A stretch of DNA of 64,000 nt from a candidate division FCPU426 bacterium (lineage in GTDB: Bacteria; Oederibacteriota; Muellerivitia; Muellerivitales; Muellerivitaceae): the NCBI GenBank assembly GCA_963738405.1, contig CAVTWJ010000009.1:128001-192000 (forward strand), written 5' to 3'. Made by a program: the position numbers and the translations under genes. A model generated the notes under the pieces. It was not told where the DNA came from, did not search any database, and saw only the letters and a list, made by a program, of their open reading frames with translations. Shown here one piece after another: positions 9,593 to 17,915 of the stretch. The stretch's first letter is position 1. Each line of letters begins with the position of its first letter.

Positions 9593-10111
9593 CAAGCTGA
9601 AAATTAAACTAATCGTCAAAGATATAATTAGCCCTACCAAACTTGAATACGCTGATAAATTTATTAACATCAGTTTAGCATCGTTACTTTGAATGCTTTG
9701 TTTGATTCTATCCTGGTGATAAAAAGTTATATAACCCAACATGACTTTCAGGGAATTTTCGTTACCTTCTAGTGTTGTTTTTTCTAACCACATACTCGGA
9801 TTGCTTCCTAAGGACCCATATTTATAGCTATGTAAAGAGACAACAATGAGAATCAAACTTAAAACAAAAAATGGTATTAACGATACTAGAAAATAAAACA
9901 AGTTCGGATGAGTGGTTTTAACAACGAATGAGGCGGAAATTTCACCAATTAAAAGAGTCAAGTAACCGTTGAATAAAATAAAGGCTTTCTGCTCTATTTG
10001 TTTTTTTGTTTCGATAACATCGGTTAGTTTTTTTTCCGCCTGATTTAAAGCTTCTCTAACAATACTCATGTTTATATGTTTTAAGTTTTTGATAGCTTCT
10101 TTGGTTAACAC
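9587..10111 (-). CDS. Three-TM membrane protein of unknown function
   Basis: GTG after GGGGGAGG SD; N-terminal helix, two TM, soluble loop, C-terminal TM. Confidence 0.75.
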   Translation of the reverse strand: MLTKEAIKNLKHINMSIVREALNQAEKKLTDVIETKKQIEQKAFILFNGYLTLLIGEISASFVVKTTHPNLFYFLVSLIPFFVLSLILIVVSLHSYKYGSLGSNPSMWLEKTTLEGNENSLKVMLGYITFYHQDRIKQSIQSNDAKLMLINLSAYSSLVGLIISLTISLIFSLL

Positions 10112-10175
10112 GACCTCCCCCTGAACAAGGTCACTAAATGTTTAGGGTTATGAAGTTTGGTAGAGTTCAACTTGC

Positions 10176-10820
10176 TCATTTATCAGCACCATGGGCAAGT
10201 TTTTTTAACGCGACTGATAGATCAATTACTTTGTTGTTCACTTTTTTTAAATCGCCAATCAAATGATGAAAATCTTTATATTGGCGTTGAATGATTTGTG
10301 GTGATAGTCCTGGCGATTTGGATCTTTTGTGTTCAAACCAGACTCTGAATTTTGCTTGCCATTCAGTTAGATGTGGTCGTAAGGTGTCATTCAAAAGGGA
10401 AATTAATACTTTTAGTAGTTTTTTTGCATCACCATCATCCGAAAGTTCTTCCACTGGGATAGTAACAATTAGCTCTCTGATTTTTTTAAATAGCTCATAC
10501 CAGGAATTGTAAACTTCAACTATCAAATCATGTTTTTCATCAAATGGTAATGCGGCCTTTCTTGTAACAATTTCTGCCCAAGCTACATGAGCAATTCTGG
10601 AAACTTCCGAGGTTCGTTTAAGTTTAATTTTTGAAGTCCCCAAAGGAACTTCAATCTCTTCAATTTTCCAATGCGAATTACGGTTTAAAAAAAAGTATTT
10701 AATAATCCACATAAGGAAAATTGTTCCCGTGATTAGAAATATCAACGAATTATTTAAATGAAATTTGAATCCATCACTCAGTGTGTAGGAAATGTAAACC
10801 AAATCATCATTAGTATTCAT
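10176..10820 (-). CDS. Hypothetical protein, one N-terminal TM plus helical domain
   Basis: Hydrophobic segment near residues 25-45; ATGA overlap with the Nmad2-like gene. Confidence 0.75.
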   Translation of the reverse strand: MNTNDDLVYISYTLSDGFKFHLNNSLIFLITGTIFLMWIIKYFFLNRNSHWKIEEIEVPLGTSKIKLKRTSEVSRIAHVAWAEIVTRKAALPFDEKHDLIVEVYNSWYELFKKIRELIVTIPVEELSDDGDAKKLLKVLISLLNDTLRPHLTEWQAKFRVWFEHKRSKSPGLSPQIIQRQYKDFHHLIGDLKKVNNKVIDLSVALKKLAHGADK

Positions 10821-11461
10821 TTTATTTCCGAAATGGGAAAAACTTTAGCATTTTTGAACTCTAATGGCATTCCTTTAAAGCCCCATCCGTAACTCACGTC
10901 TATCCATTTGATTATACTCTCTAAGAGTTTTGATGAAGGTTTTCGGTGACCCCTGGCTGAACAACAAATATCTTCTTTTGAAGGACCAAACATTCTAAAA
11001 CGTTTCAAGATTTTAGGGGCGTTCTCGCCGAAATAGACGAATTTATTTGAAACTAAAACACGATTAACGTTAGTGTCGTGCGTAATGTTTTTTCTGTTCG
11101 GTTTCCCTTTCTCTTTACTATGGTGCGAATCTACTTGATGCCATCGATCATTTCTAAAAAAATAAATGTTATCACCATACAGTTGTTTTAAACTCCCATT
11201 TAATTTAGGTCTTTTTGAAAAAAATCTAGGATCACGCCAGTAAGTATTGAAATCAAAAGCTTCTGTGACTTGCATTAAATAAATAATCTTCCCTGCGAAC
11301 CCATACCTGGATTTTGCGCCTGTTCCAATAATCCAATCTCCAATTTGAGCACGTGCTCTTATTTGTGGTTTGCAGGTCGCAAGCGTACACCATCCATAAA
11401 AAGGATTAGGAGCAAATCCATAATCACGGGCAACAATGTAAGAAAAAATATTTAAGGGCAT
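10817..11461 (-). CDS. Nmad2-like (nucleotide modification associated domain 2) protein
   Basis: SYIVARDYGFAPNPFYGWCTLATCKPQIR, GDWIIG, YGDNIY; likely start MPLNIF. Confidence 0.75.
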   Translation of the reverse strand: MPLNIFSYIVARDYGFAPNPFYGWCTLATCKPQIRARAQIGDWIIGTGAKSRYGFAGKIIYLMQVTEAFDFNTYWRDPRFFSKRPKLNGSLKQLYGDNIYFFRNDRWHQVDSHHSKEKGKPNRKNITHDTNVNRVLVSNKFVYFGENAPKILKRFRMFGPSKEDICCSARGHRKPSSKLLESIIKWIDVSYGWGFKGMPLEFKNAKVFPISEIK

Positions 11462-11937
11462 GTGTATCTCTTGATTTGCCATTCAGGATTTCTGTCATTC
11501 CCAGATGCTGGATCTTCCCACTTTTGAGAATTTGTGGAATTTAAAGCATCAACAATCTGTTGACTTTGCCAACCAACAATTGCTGAATCGCCTAACTTTT
11601 GTAGCATATCCGGAATATTTGCTTCAGTTGCACCCTGAGCATAAACACCAATAACTCGTTTACCTTGAGAGATGGCATATTCAATTTCCCAATTAACCCA
11701 CCAGCTAGTATGTGTGTCCTTATCAATTAGAACAACTAGAGCACTAGCCCAATCAATTCTTGGGGCTAATATATTAGTTTTGATGTATTCAGGGTCTTTT
11801 GCTTCGTTAGGTTTTTCGCTATTAATAGAACCATCTCGAACATCCATGCCAGCTTGGCCAATTAAATCTTTAAGCTTAGGTAAAAGCTCGTCATTTTCGT
11901 GTATGTGAGAGATAAATATATTTTTGATATCGGACAT
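11452..11937 (-). CDS. TIR domain protein (ThsB/DUF1863/MTH538-like)
   Basis: IFISH...LVVLI...SWWVNWEIEYA with the catalytic Glu present. Confidence 0.85.
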   Translation of the reverse strand: MSDIKNIFISHIHENDELLPKLKDLIGQAGMDVRDGSINSEKPNEAKDPEYIKTNILAPRIDWASALVVLIDKDTHTSWWVNWEIEYAISQGKRVIGVYAQGATEANIPDMLQKLGDSAIVGWQSQQIVDALNSTNSQKWEDPASGNDRNPEWQIKRYTCP

Positions 11938-12048
11938 ATTTATTAATTCCGAAATAAAAAGTTATTTGAGATCCGTTTATATATTATGCATTTGTATTAA
12001 TTAATTAGCCACGAACTAAATATTAAAATGTAACAAATAATTAGAGAT

Positions 12049-13056
12049 TCAATGAGTTTTTATTACTTTGTTTGTGCGTTTCAACCAATGGAAAAAAAGG
12101 TTTTTAAATACTCCATTTGTACATTTTAAAATTGTTTTATTTGATAATTCTTGCCAACCTCGCCGTCTTGCCGCCTCAGCTGACAAAATGAATAAAATAT
12201 TTTTGTAAGCGATTGGTGCATTTGGCCAGTAGGTAATAGCCTCGTGTTTTCGCTTAGAAAGTTTCTCGCTAATAAATAGATCAATTTTTCTGCCTAACGC
12301 GAAAAATAAATATTCGGATTGTTTTTTATTAACGGAAATGTTATCTGAATTTCTAGGCGGCTTCCCTTTTTTACAAAAAACTTTATCGGCGAGGTACAAG
12401 TGGAGGCTATCGCTGATTTGATTGTAAGAACCTACTTTAAGTTTTAACCAGCCTGCCAATATTTCTTGAAGATAAGTAAATTGTATAAAATCATAAGGAA
12501 GACCGCGAAAAAGATCATTGCTCCTTAATACTTGCAACCATTCGAGTTTACCGTCTCTAACCTTTAATAAAGAAACAATATTACAAGGAACATCTTCATT
12601 TCTTGGAAGCCCTTTTACTTTAGGAAGGTCTAAATTGGAGTCCCAAATTTCTAAAACAACCTGTCGACTTATTGAATTAGATTTTAATGTTTGATAGGCG
12701 TTCTCGAGTTGATCTAGACCATTTCTTTTTCGGAGTCGAAAACCATATGCTCCGTATAAAGTTTTACCTGAGCCTGCAAAACTAGAAAGTTCTCGGTTCC
12801 AATAAGTTAAAAATTTAGAATCATTTCGGCCATTCATTGTCCAGATGACTTCGGCTAAAGCAAAAGCGATATTCAAAGTGGGTTTTCGAGAAAAAATCCA
12901 TCTTTGACGTGGATCTTCAATTACAAAGCCTGAATGAAGTATTTCCTTTGTTGGGCCAATTCTACTTGGGTGTCTTTGATATTTTTTATTATCATTGAAT
13001 TCGTTAAAGGCTTTTCGCCAAACAATATCAGCGGATTTCCCTTGGAATATTTTCAT
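12049..13056 (-). CDS. Thymidylate synthase-fold pyrimidine (hydroxy)methyltransferase with C-terminal helical extension
   Basis: YGAYGFR, SRQVV, DVPC catalytic Cys, RSNDLFRGLPYD, SLHLY. Confidence 0.85.
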   Translation of the reverse strand: MKIFQGKSADIVWRKAFNEFNDNKKYQRHPSRIGPTKEILHSGFVIEDPRQRWIFSRKPTLNIAFALAEVIWTMNGRNDSKFLTYWNRELSSFAGSGKTLYGAYGFRLRKRNGLDQLENAYQTLKSNSISRQVVLEIWDSNLDLPKVKGLPRNEDVPCNIVSLLKVRDGKLEWLQVLRSNDLFRGLPYDFIQFTYLQEILAGWLKLKVGSYNQISDSLHLYLADKVFCKKGKPPRNSDNISVNKKQSEYLFFALGRKIDLFISEKLSKRKHEAITYWPNAPIAYKNILFILSAEAARRRGWQELSNKTILKCTNGVFKNLFFHWLKRTNKVIKTH

Positions 13057-13059
13057 TTA

Positions 13060-14055
13060 TCAAGCACCCTTTAATCCTTTTGAAATTAGATGATTGATTT
13101 TCCATTTAGGTGGATACCAAAAATGGATATTTTCTTTATTCATTTGATAGATCTGTTTAATTCTTTTACGGCCACTAAGTCCTTGGACTTCTGGATGTGC
13201 AACCCGAGAGTATTTATCAACTTCGCAAAATAAATTCTGACAATCAATATTCTTTAAAGGTCTACCCCATAGGGATTTAAAATTGATGTTAAGTCGCTCG
13301 AATTCTTCGTTTTGCACGTCAGTCACATAACGAATGATATCTGACTCGTTGTAATCATTTAAATCTTCAAAGCACTTACGGATACCATCAAGTGCACCTG
13401 GTCCAGGAACGACAAAATCATTTTCATCAAAATTAGTAATACAACTATAGTTAATATCAATCGTGAATTGATAAGCCAAAAAGTTACCAATGGTCGGGTA
13501 ACTTAATAAAATGGAAAATACTTCCTGCATTGATTTTGAGCGAGAAATATTATCAACGACACGCTCCTTCATTAAAAGTTCAATTAGTTTAAGATGATTT
13601 TTGTGTTTCTTAGAATAACCGAAATAACTTTTTCCTGAAGCCATGATATAAGCCCCGGAATATATTTTTTGATCTTCCTTTAGTGCCTTGGACAAAATCT
13701 TTTCATACATTTCGTATTTATAAGATGAAAAGCGAGGTTGTCCCAATTCCTTACAAAACAATTCCCAAGTACTGATTTTGTTAAATAATTTAAAAAGAAT
13801 AATCCTAAAAAAGATTTCTTTTGCATCAACCGGGCCTGAATAAATAACATTTTTAATTAAGTACTGACTAACTCTGTCAGAAGCACGATAGGCGTTAGTG
13901 AATTTATGTTTGGCGATAATTGGGTCGGAGGTCCATGGACTAGGTTCGTTATAAACTTTTTTAAAAAAAATCGACTGTCTTTCAGCCGCAAAAATCCAAT
14001 AAGTGTCAAATACCTTTGTGGGTTTAGGACGACTCTTAGTAGAAAAAGTAATCAT
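13060..14055 (-). CDS. aGPT-Pplase1-like / 5-hmdU DNA kinase helical-domain protein
   Basis: FAAERQ, PWTSDPII...KFTNAYRASDRVSQYLI, FLAYQFTID, PGPGALDG, QNLFCEVDKY. Confidence 0.75.
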   Translation of the reverse strand: MITFSTKSRPKPTKVFDTYWIFAAERQSIFFKKVYNEPSPWTSDPIIAKHKFTNAYRASDRVSQYLIKNVIYSGPVDAKEIFFRIILFKLFNKISTWELFCKELGQPRFSSYKYEMYEKILSKALKEDQKIYSGAYIMASGKSYFGYSKKHKNHLKLIELLMKERVVDNISRSKSMQEVFSILLSYPTIGNFLAYQFTIDINYSCITNFDENDFVVPGPGALDGIRKCFEDLNDYNESDIIRYVTDVQNEEFERLNINFKSLWGRPLKNIDCQNLFCEVDKYSRVAHPEVQGLSGRKRIKQIYQMNKENIHFWYPPKWKINHLISKGLKGA

Positions 14056-14079
14056 TGTTTATGACCTGGAATTTGATGT

Positions 14080-14802
14080 TTACTTGGATGAATTAGTTAT
14101 TTGTTTAGTGAATGGAGTAGCTATCGGTAATGTTATAGAAGGCGTATTAGGCCGAGAAGATTTAGAACTTGTGATCGAATTAACTAATATTTCTGCTAAA
14201 ACTGTAACTGCAAAAACCAGCACGCCGAACCAGAAAAACTTTTTGATAAAATCGATCGTTTCTTCAACTTTAATCAATCGTTTATTTAATGCGGCAGGTG
14301 AAGCAACTTCACCTGCCATTCTCATTACATCTTCACTAGATATTTCCATCTGATCATATTTTTTGCCATCGTATAAATCATTTGTCTTTTGATCTAGCTT
14401 GGAAAACCAGATCAAAAATATTAACTCGCCACGCGTAAGAACAATATCTCCGCTTCCAGCGTTATAGACAGAAAATTTCAGTCTCCCCCTAAATCCTGGA
14501 TCAACGTGAAATCCAGAAACATTAACTAGGCCACGAAACTTTTTGTCGGCTTTGATTGAAATAAAGCCGATCATATCGGCTGGGATGGTTACGATCTCTT
14601 CTGTGAGAAGAAGAGCGAATTGGCCTGGGGGGATAGCAGTTTGCTTACCAATCTCGAGAAATTTCTTAACCTTATCCCCGGAAATATAGACTTCAGGTCC
14701 TAGGGTTAACTCGTATGCACCGCGTTTTATGTTTTTCGAATCAGAGCTACTAATTAGTTTCGGGAGGATTTTTTTAAGACTTTCAGAGCTTAAAAAGGAC
14801 AC
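14080..14802 (-). CDS. dCTP deaminase/dUTPase-fold protein with C-terminal TM helix
   Basis: AYELTLG, IPPGQFALLLTEE, HVDPGFRG; TM FFWFGVLVFAVTVLAEILV; likely GTG start at 14802 after GGAG. Confidence 0.75.
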   Translation of the reverse strand: MSFLSSESLKKILPKLISSSDSKNIKRGAYELTLGPEVYISGDKVKKFLEIGKQTAIPPGQFALLLTEEIVTIPADMIGFISIKADKKFRGLVNVSGFHVDPGFRGRLKFSVYNAGSGDIVLTRGELIFLIWFSKLDQKTNDLYDGKKYDQMEISSEDVMRMAGEVASPAALNKRLIKVEETIDFIKKFFWFGVLVFAVTVLAEILVNSITSSKSSRPNTPSITLPIATPFTKQITNSSK

Positions 14803-14896
14803 TTTGGCTCCCAAGCAATTACGATGAATTAACGCGGCAAGTATAGCAGTTCTTAATATTGGTTAATATGTTGCAGGATTAGGGTTGTATTCGGTT

Positions 14897-15244
14897 TTAT
14901 TGAACCCACAACAGATCTCGATTTCTAATATTATCGAATCCCGTGAAGCTTCCAAATACACCATATTCTCTTTTGCCTCTGGCTTTATGAGCGTAAGAAA
15001 GCCATTTAATCTTTTCTCCAACCTTCAGGGCATAATCAAATCCAATTCGATAAAAGCCGGGTTCCATTCCGCGTGCTAAGTCTGTCCTTATCTCAATATT
15101 TCTGTCGTATCGCATTGAGCATGCAGGGTCGTTGTAATAAATGAAAATGCAATCCATACCATCCATGATTTCGTAATTATGAAAATATTCGTGAGGAAAC
15201 AACATTGGATCAATGGTGGGTAGTGAGGTATTAAAAAAGCCCAT
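14897..15244 (-). CDS. Hypothetical protein, paralog of 15265-15651
   Basis: IFIYY...GMEPGFYRIGFDYA...EYGVFG. Confidence 0.65.
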   Translation of the reverse strand: MGFFNTSLPTIDPMLFPHEYFHNYEIMDGMDCIFIYYNDPACSMRYDRNIEIRTDLARGMEPGFYRIGFDYALKVGEKIKWLSYAHKARGKREYGVFGSFTGFDNIRNRDLLWVQ

Positions 15245-15264
15245 TAAGTGCCTCTGTCAAGAAA

Positions 15265-15651
15265 TTACGCGGACCAGATAATAAGGTGTTTTGGTATTTC
15301 TCTGGGGGCCCTGACCCAAGGATGATTCACTCCCGAAAAAATCCCAAACTCCATTTTATTGTGATCGTGGTAAGCATGCAAAAGCGAATTAGGATCACCA
15401 TTTGATTCAACGGCGTAATCGAAATATGGCAGGTAGAATCCAGGTAACATGCCTAAGCTTAAATTCACTTTGACCTCGATTCTTCGCTTATAGGAAATCT
15501 GACCGAGTGAATCAAAGTCATTACCTTTTCTCGCATAGTCCCGGTAATAAACAAAAATAGTGTCTTCTCCTAAGGGATTTTGGAAACGATTGAAATATCC
15601 AACCGGATTTCCTTTTGGGTGTAACACTAATGAAGTTAGGTTGATTGCCAT
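15265..15651 (-). CDS. Hypothetical protein, paralog of 14897-15244
   Basis: Likely start MAINLT after a G-rich SD; IFVYY...GMLPGFYLPYFDYA...EFGIFS. Confidence 0.65.
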   Translation of the reverse strand: MAINLTSLVLHPKGNPVGYFNRFQNPLGEDTIFVYYRDYARKGNDFDSLGQISYKRRIEVKVNLSLGMLPGFYLPYFDYAVESNGDPNSLLHAYHDHNKMEFGIFSGVNHPWVRAPREIPKHLIIWSA

Positions 15652-15747
15652 TTTTCCCCCCTGGGAACATTCACGAATGAATTTTAAGTTAGCAGGGCAA
15701 AATATACAGCCAAATTTAGTCCAAAGAGTTTGGGACATTGGACCAGG

Positions 15748-15804
15748 TGAAGGGGGTGTGCCGAGGATCGCCGAAGGCAGCCGAGGCCAGGGGGAAGGCT
15801 TTCC
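15748..15804 (+). repeat. Structured intergenic repeat, copy 1
   Basis: TGAAGGGGGTGTGCCGAGGATCGCCGAAGGCAGCCGAGGCCAGGGGGAAGG. Confidence 0.85.
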
Positions 15805-15821
15805 ACCAAGAGACGAGTCTT

Positions 15822-16031
15822 TTAACCGGAACGTCTTCTTTGTCTTGCATGAAGTTTCGCATGTGCGTTTGGGCTCATATTGATGAGATTGTTACGTCTG
15901 AAGTTTTTCGGATTTCCGTCTATATGATGCGTGACTTGATTCCCTTTGGGTTTGGCAACAGTTCTATGAACCAATAACCCGCTATTATTCCAGACAGGAT
16001 ATCCTTTTGGATTGTAATGAAACCTTCCCAT
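15822..16031 (-). CDS. Minimal HNH endonuclease-like protein
   Basis: VHRTVA...HHIDGNPKNFRRNNL...HAKLH; AGGAG SD before MGRFHY. Confidence 0.75.
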   Translation of the reverse strand: MGRFHYNPKGYPVWNNSGLLVHRTVAKPKGNQVTHHIDGNPKNFRRNNLINMSPNAHAKLHARQRRRSG

Positions 16032-16061
16032 GAATTTTCTCCTTTCACCCATGAACTTCGC

Positions 16062-16418
16062 TTACGCACTCAACCTTACATGTAGAAGCCAGACATCGAC
16101 CACCATGTGAAATTCATAATCATCTAAAGGCATTCCATGTCTGAGTTTGGTGGCGATTCGACGGTCAAAATCGGCATGCTCTCCCTTCGCCTCCGGTGAG
16201 GGCTCAACGATCTCGATGGCAAATTTCAACAGATCCCCAGTCAACCGTTCATTGCGAATCAGCTTCCTTTTTATTTGGCCACAGCGCCAGTTTCGGAGTT
16301 TGCGAGCTTCCTCCTTTTCGGGATTCCGAAACGCGCGCATGAAACAATCTTCCATGAACAAATCTTCTGGCCAAACCAATTCGAACGGTTTCTTTGGCTC
16401 ATTTTTCATAGGCTTCAC
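16062..16418 (-). CDS. Hypothetical protein
   Basis: 118-aa ORF co-oriented with neighbours; start uncertain. Confidence 0.55.
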   Translation of the reverse strand: MKPMKNEPKKPFELVWPEDLFMEDCFMRAFRNPEKEEARKLRNWRCGQIKRKLIRNERLTGDLLKFAIEIVEPSPEAKGEHADFDRRIATKLRHGMPLDDYEFHMVVDVWLLHVRLSA

Positions 16419-16540
16419 CTTTCGGGTATTTGAGAATATTTAAACCCTGAGTGGGAGAACAAATAAAAAAATTATGGGTAGAAGTAATCAAAACTGTGCT
16501 GAGTGACACCAAACGGGGTTTTGTTTACATTCCCGTAACA

Positions 16541-16596
16541 TGAAGGGGGAGGTGGGCCGAGGATCACCGAAGGTAGCTGAGGCAAGGGGGAAGACC
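16541..16596 (+). repeat. Structured intergenic repeat, copy 2
   Basis: TGAAGGGGGAGGTGGGCCGAGGATCACCGAAGGTAGCTGAGGCAAGGGGGAAG. Confidence 0.85.
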
Positions 16597-16599
16597 TAT

Positions 16600-16824
16600 T
16601 TACCTTTTTCTTAAGGGGCGATCTCCTCTTCGACGGTCCGCCCATGCGGCCAGGTCCTCAGAAGGGAATCGAAGACATCTGGCTGTGAATTTAACAAACG
16701 GTATTGGATCGGCTTCCCAAGGGGACCTTGAAACCCAATGGTAAAGTGTCCCGGCTTCTACCCCGAGAAAATTAGAAGCCTCTTTGATGTTCAAATATCT
16801 CAAATTGTCCTTCGGATTTTCCAT
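16600..16824 (-). CDS. Excisionase-like HTH DNA-binding protein
   Basis: YLNIKEASNFLGVEAGTLYHWV...IPFVKF...LRF...DLAAW. Confidence 0.8.
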   Translation of the reverse strand: MENPKDNLRYLNIKEASNFLGVEAGTLYHWVSRSPWEADPIPFVKFTARCLRFPSEDLAAWADRRRGDRPLRKR

Positions 16825-16860
16825 TTCATTCCTGATTTAGTGATATATCAGCGTATTGTT

Positions 16861-16911
16861 AGGGTGTGTTGAAATCACCAAAGGCAGCCGAGGACAGGGG
16901 GAAAGCGTTCC
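16861..16911 (+). repeat. Structured intergenic repeat, copy 3 (degenerate)
   Basis: AGGGTGTGTTGAAATCACCAAAGGCAGCCGAGGACAGGGGGAAAG. Confidence 0.75.
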
Positions 16912-16924
16912 CTCCAATTCGCAG

Positions 16925-17908
16925 TTATTTTTCCAATTCGCGTTTAATCTCAGATAGGGAAAGCCGCTTACCTTGCCATTCCCGAATAAGTTTAACCTTT
17001 TCGACAGCCTCTAACGGATACAAGGTGTAACCCGATTCGGTATGGTCCGCCGGTTTCAAGAGCCCTTCTTTGGTCCAATGGCGAATAGTTGCGGTGCTTT
17101 CACGGGTCTTTCGGGCCAGGGCCCCGATCCGAAGCAGGGAAGTAGTATCCTGGGCTTCCTGAGCAGGGCTTTCCCCTTTTGCGGCTTTCAAGTAAATATC
17201 AAGTGACCGATCGATAATCCTGTACATGAGCGCTTCATAGTCTTCGATGCTCCCCCCCAACTGTGCTTTTTCTAACCCGTTTAAATAAGCCAAACGCTCA
17301 CGGGTACGGATGAAGGCCGGGGGATAACCTTTTTGCATTAAAAGCAGGTTCATCAAAAGCCGGGCTGTTCTGCCGTTACCATCGACAAATGGATGGATAC
17401 TCACCAGACGGTAATGCGCTTGAGCCGCCAACTCGGCAGGGTGTAGGTCGGTGGTCGATTTGAGCCAGGATGCGAATTGACTCATGAGTTGGGGAACTTT
17501 TTGGGCATTAGGAAGCACGACCGTGGAACCGGAAATTCTGACCATTAGGGTCCGGTACCTTCCGGCATTGGAATCGTCGATACCCTTAAGAATCATCCCA
17601 TGAAGTTCCAGGATCTCTTTTTCGCCTACAGGGTGCCTTGGACTGGAAACAACCTCTTTTAACCAATCCAAAGCCTTGGCATGGTTGGTGGCTTCCAAGT
17701 GTTCCCGCATCGTCCGGCCACCAACGGTAATCCCTTTTTCCAGGACAATAGCCGTTTCCTGGCGGGTGAGGGTATTGCCCTCAATCGCGTTGCTCGTATA
17801 AGTCAGCTCAACCCGGAACCATTCTTCCAGGTTCAGGATTAATGCGGGTTTAAGCGGACGTAAGGCGTCCAGGCGCTTCTTTTTTGTGTCGAGTTTGTTC
17901 CAGTTCAT
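16925..17908 (-). CDS. Fic-domain protein fused to a C-terminal MerR-type HTH
   Basis: SNAIEGN inhibitory motif, HPFVDGNGRTAR, LRIGALA...TIRHWTKEGLL...SGYTLY. Confidence 0.9.
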   Translation of the reverse strand: MNWNKLDTKKKRLDALRPLKPALILNLEEWFRVELTYTSNAIEGNTLTRQETAIVLEKGITVGGRTMREHLEATNHAKALDWLKEVVSSPRHPVGEKEILELHGMILKGIDDSNAGRYRTLMVRISGSTVVLPNAQKVPQLMSQFASWLKSTTDLHPAELAAQAHYRLVSIHPFVDGNGRTARLLMNLLLMQKGYPPAFIRTRERLAYLNGLEKAQLGGSIEDYEALMYRIIDRSLDIYLKAAKGESPAQEAQDTTSLLRIGALARKTRESTATIRHWTKEGLLKPADHTESGYTLYPLEAVEKVKLIREWQGKRLSLSEIKRELEK

Positions 17909-17915
17909 GACACTA

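Noticed and set aside
15748..16911. Integron attC sites
   Set aside because: No RYYYAAC...GTTRRRY pair in gene orientation and no intI in the window
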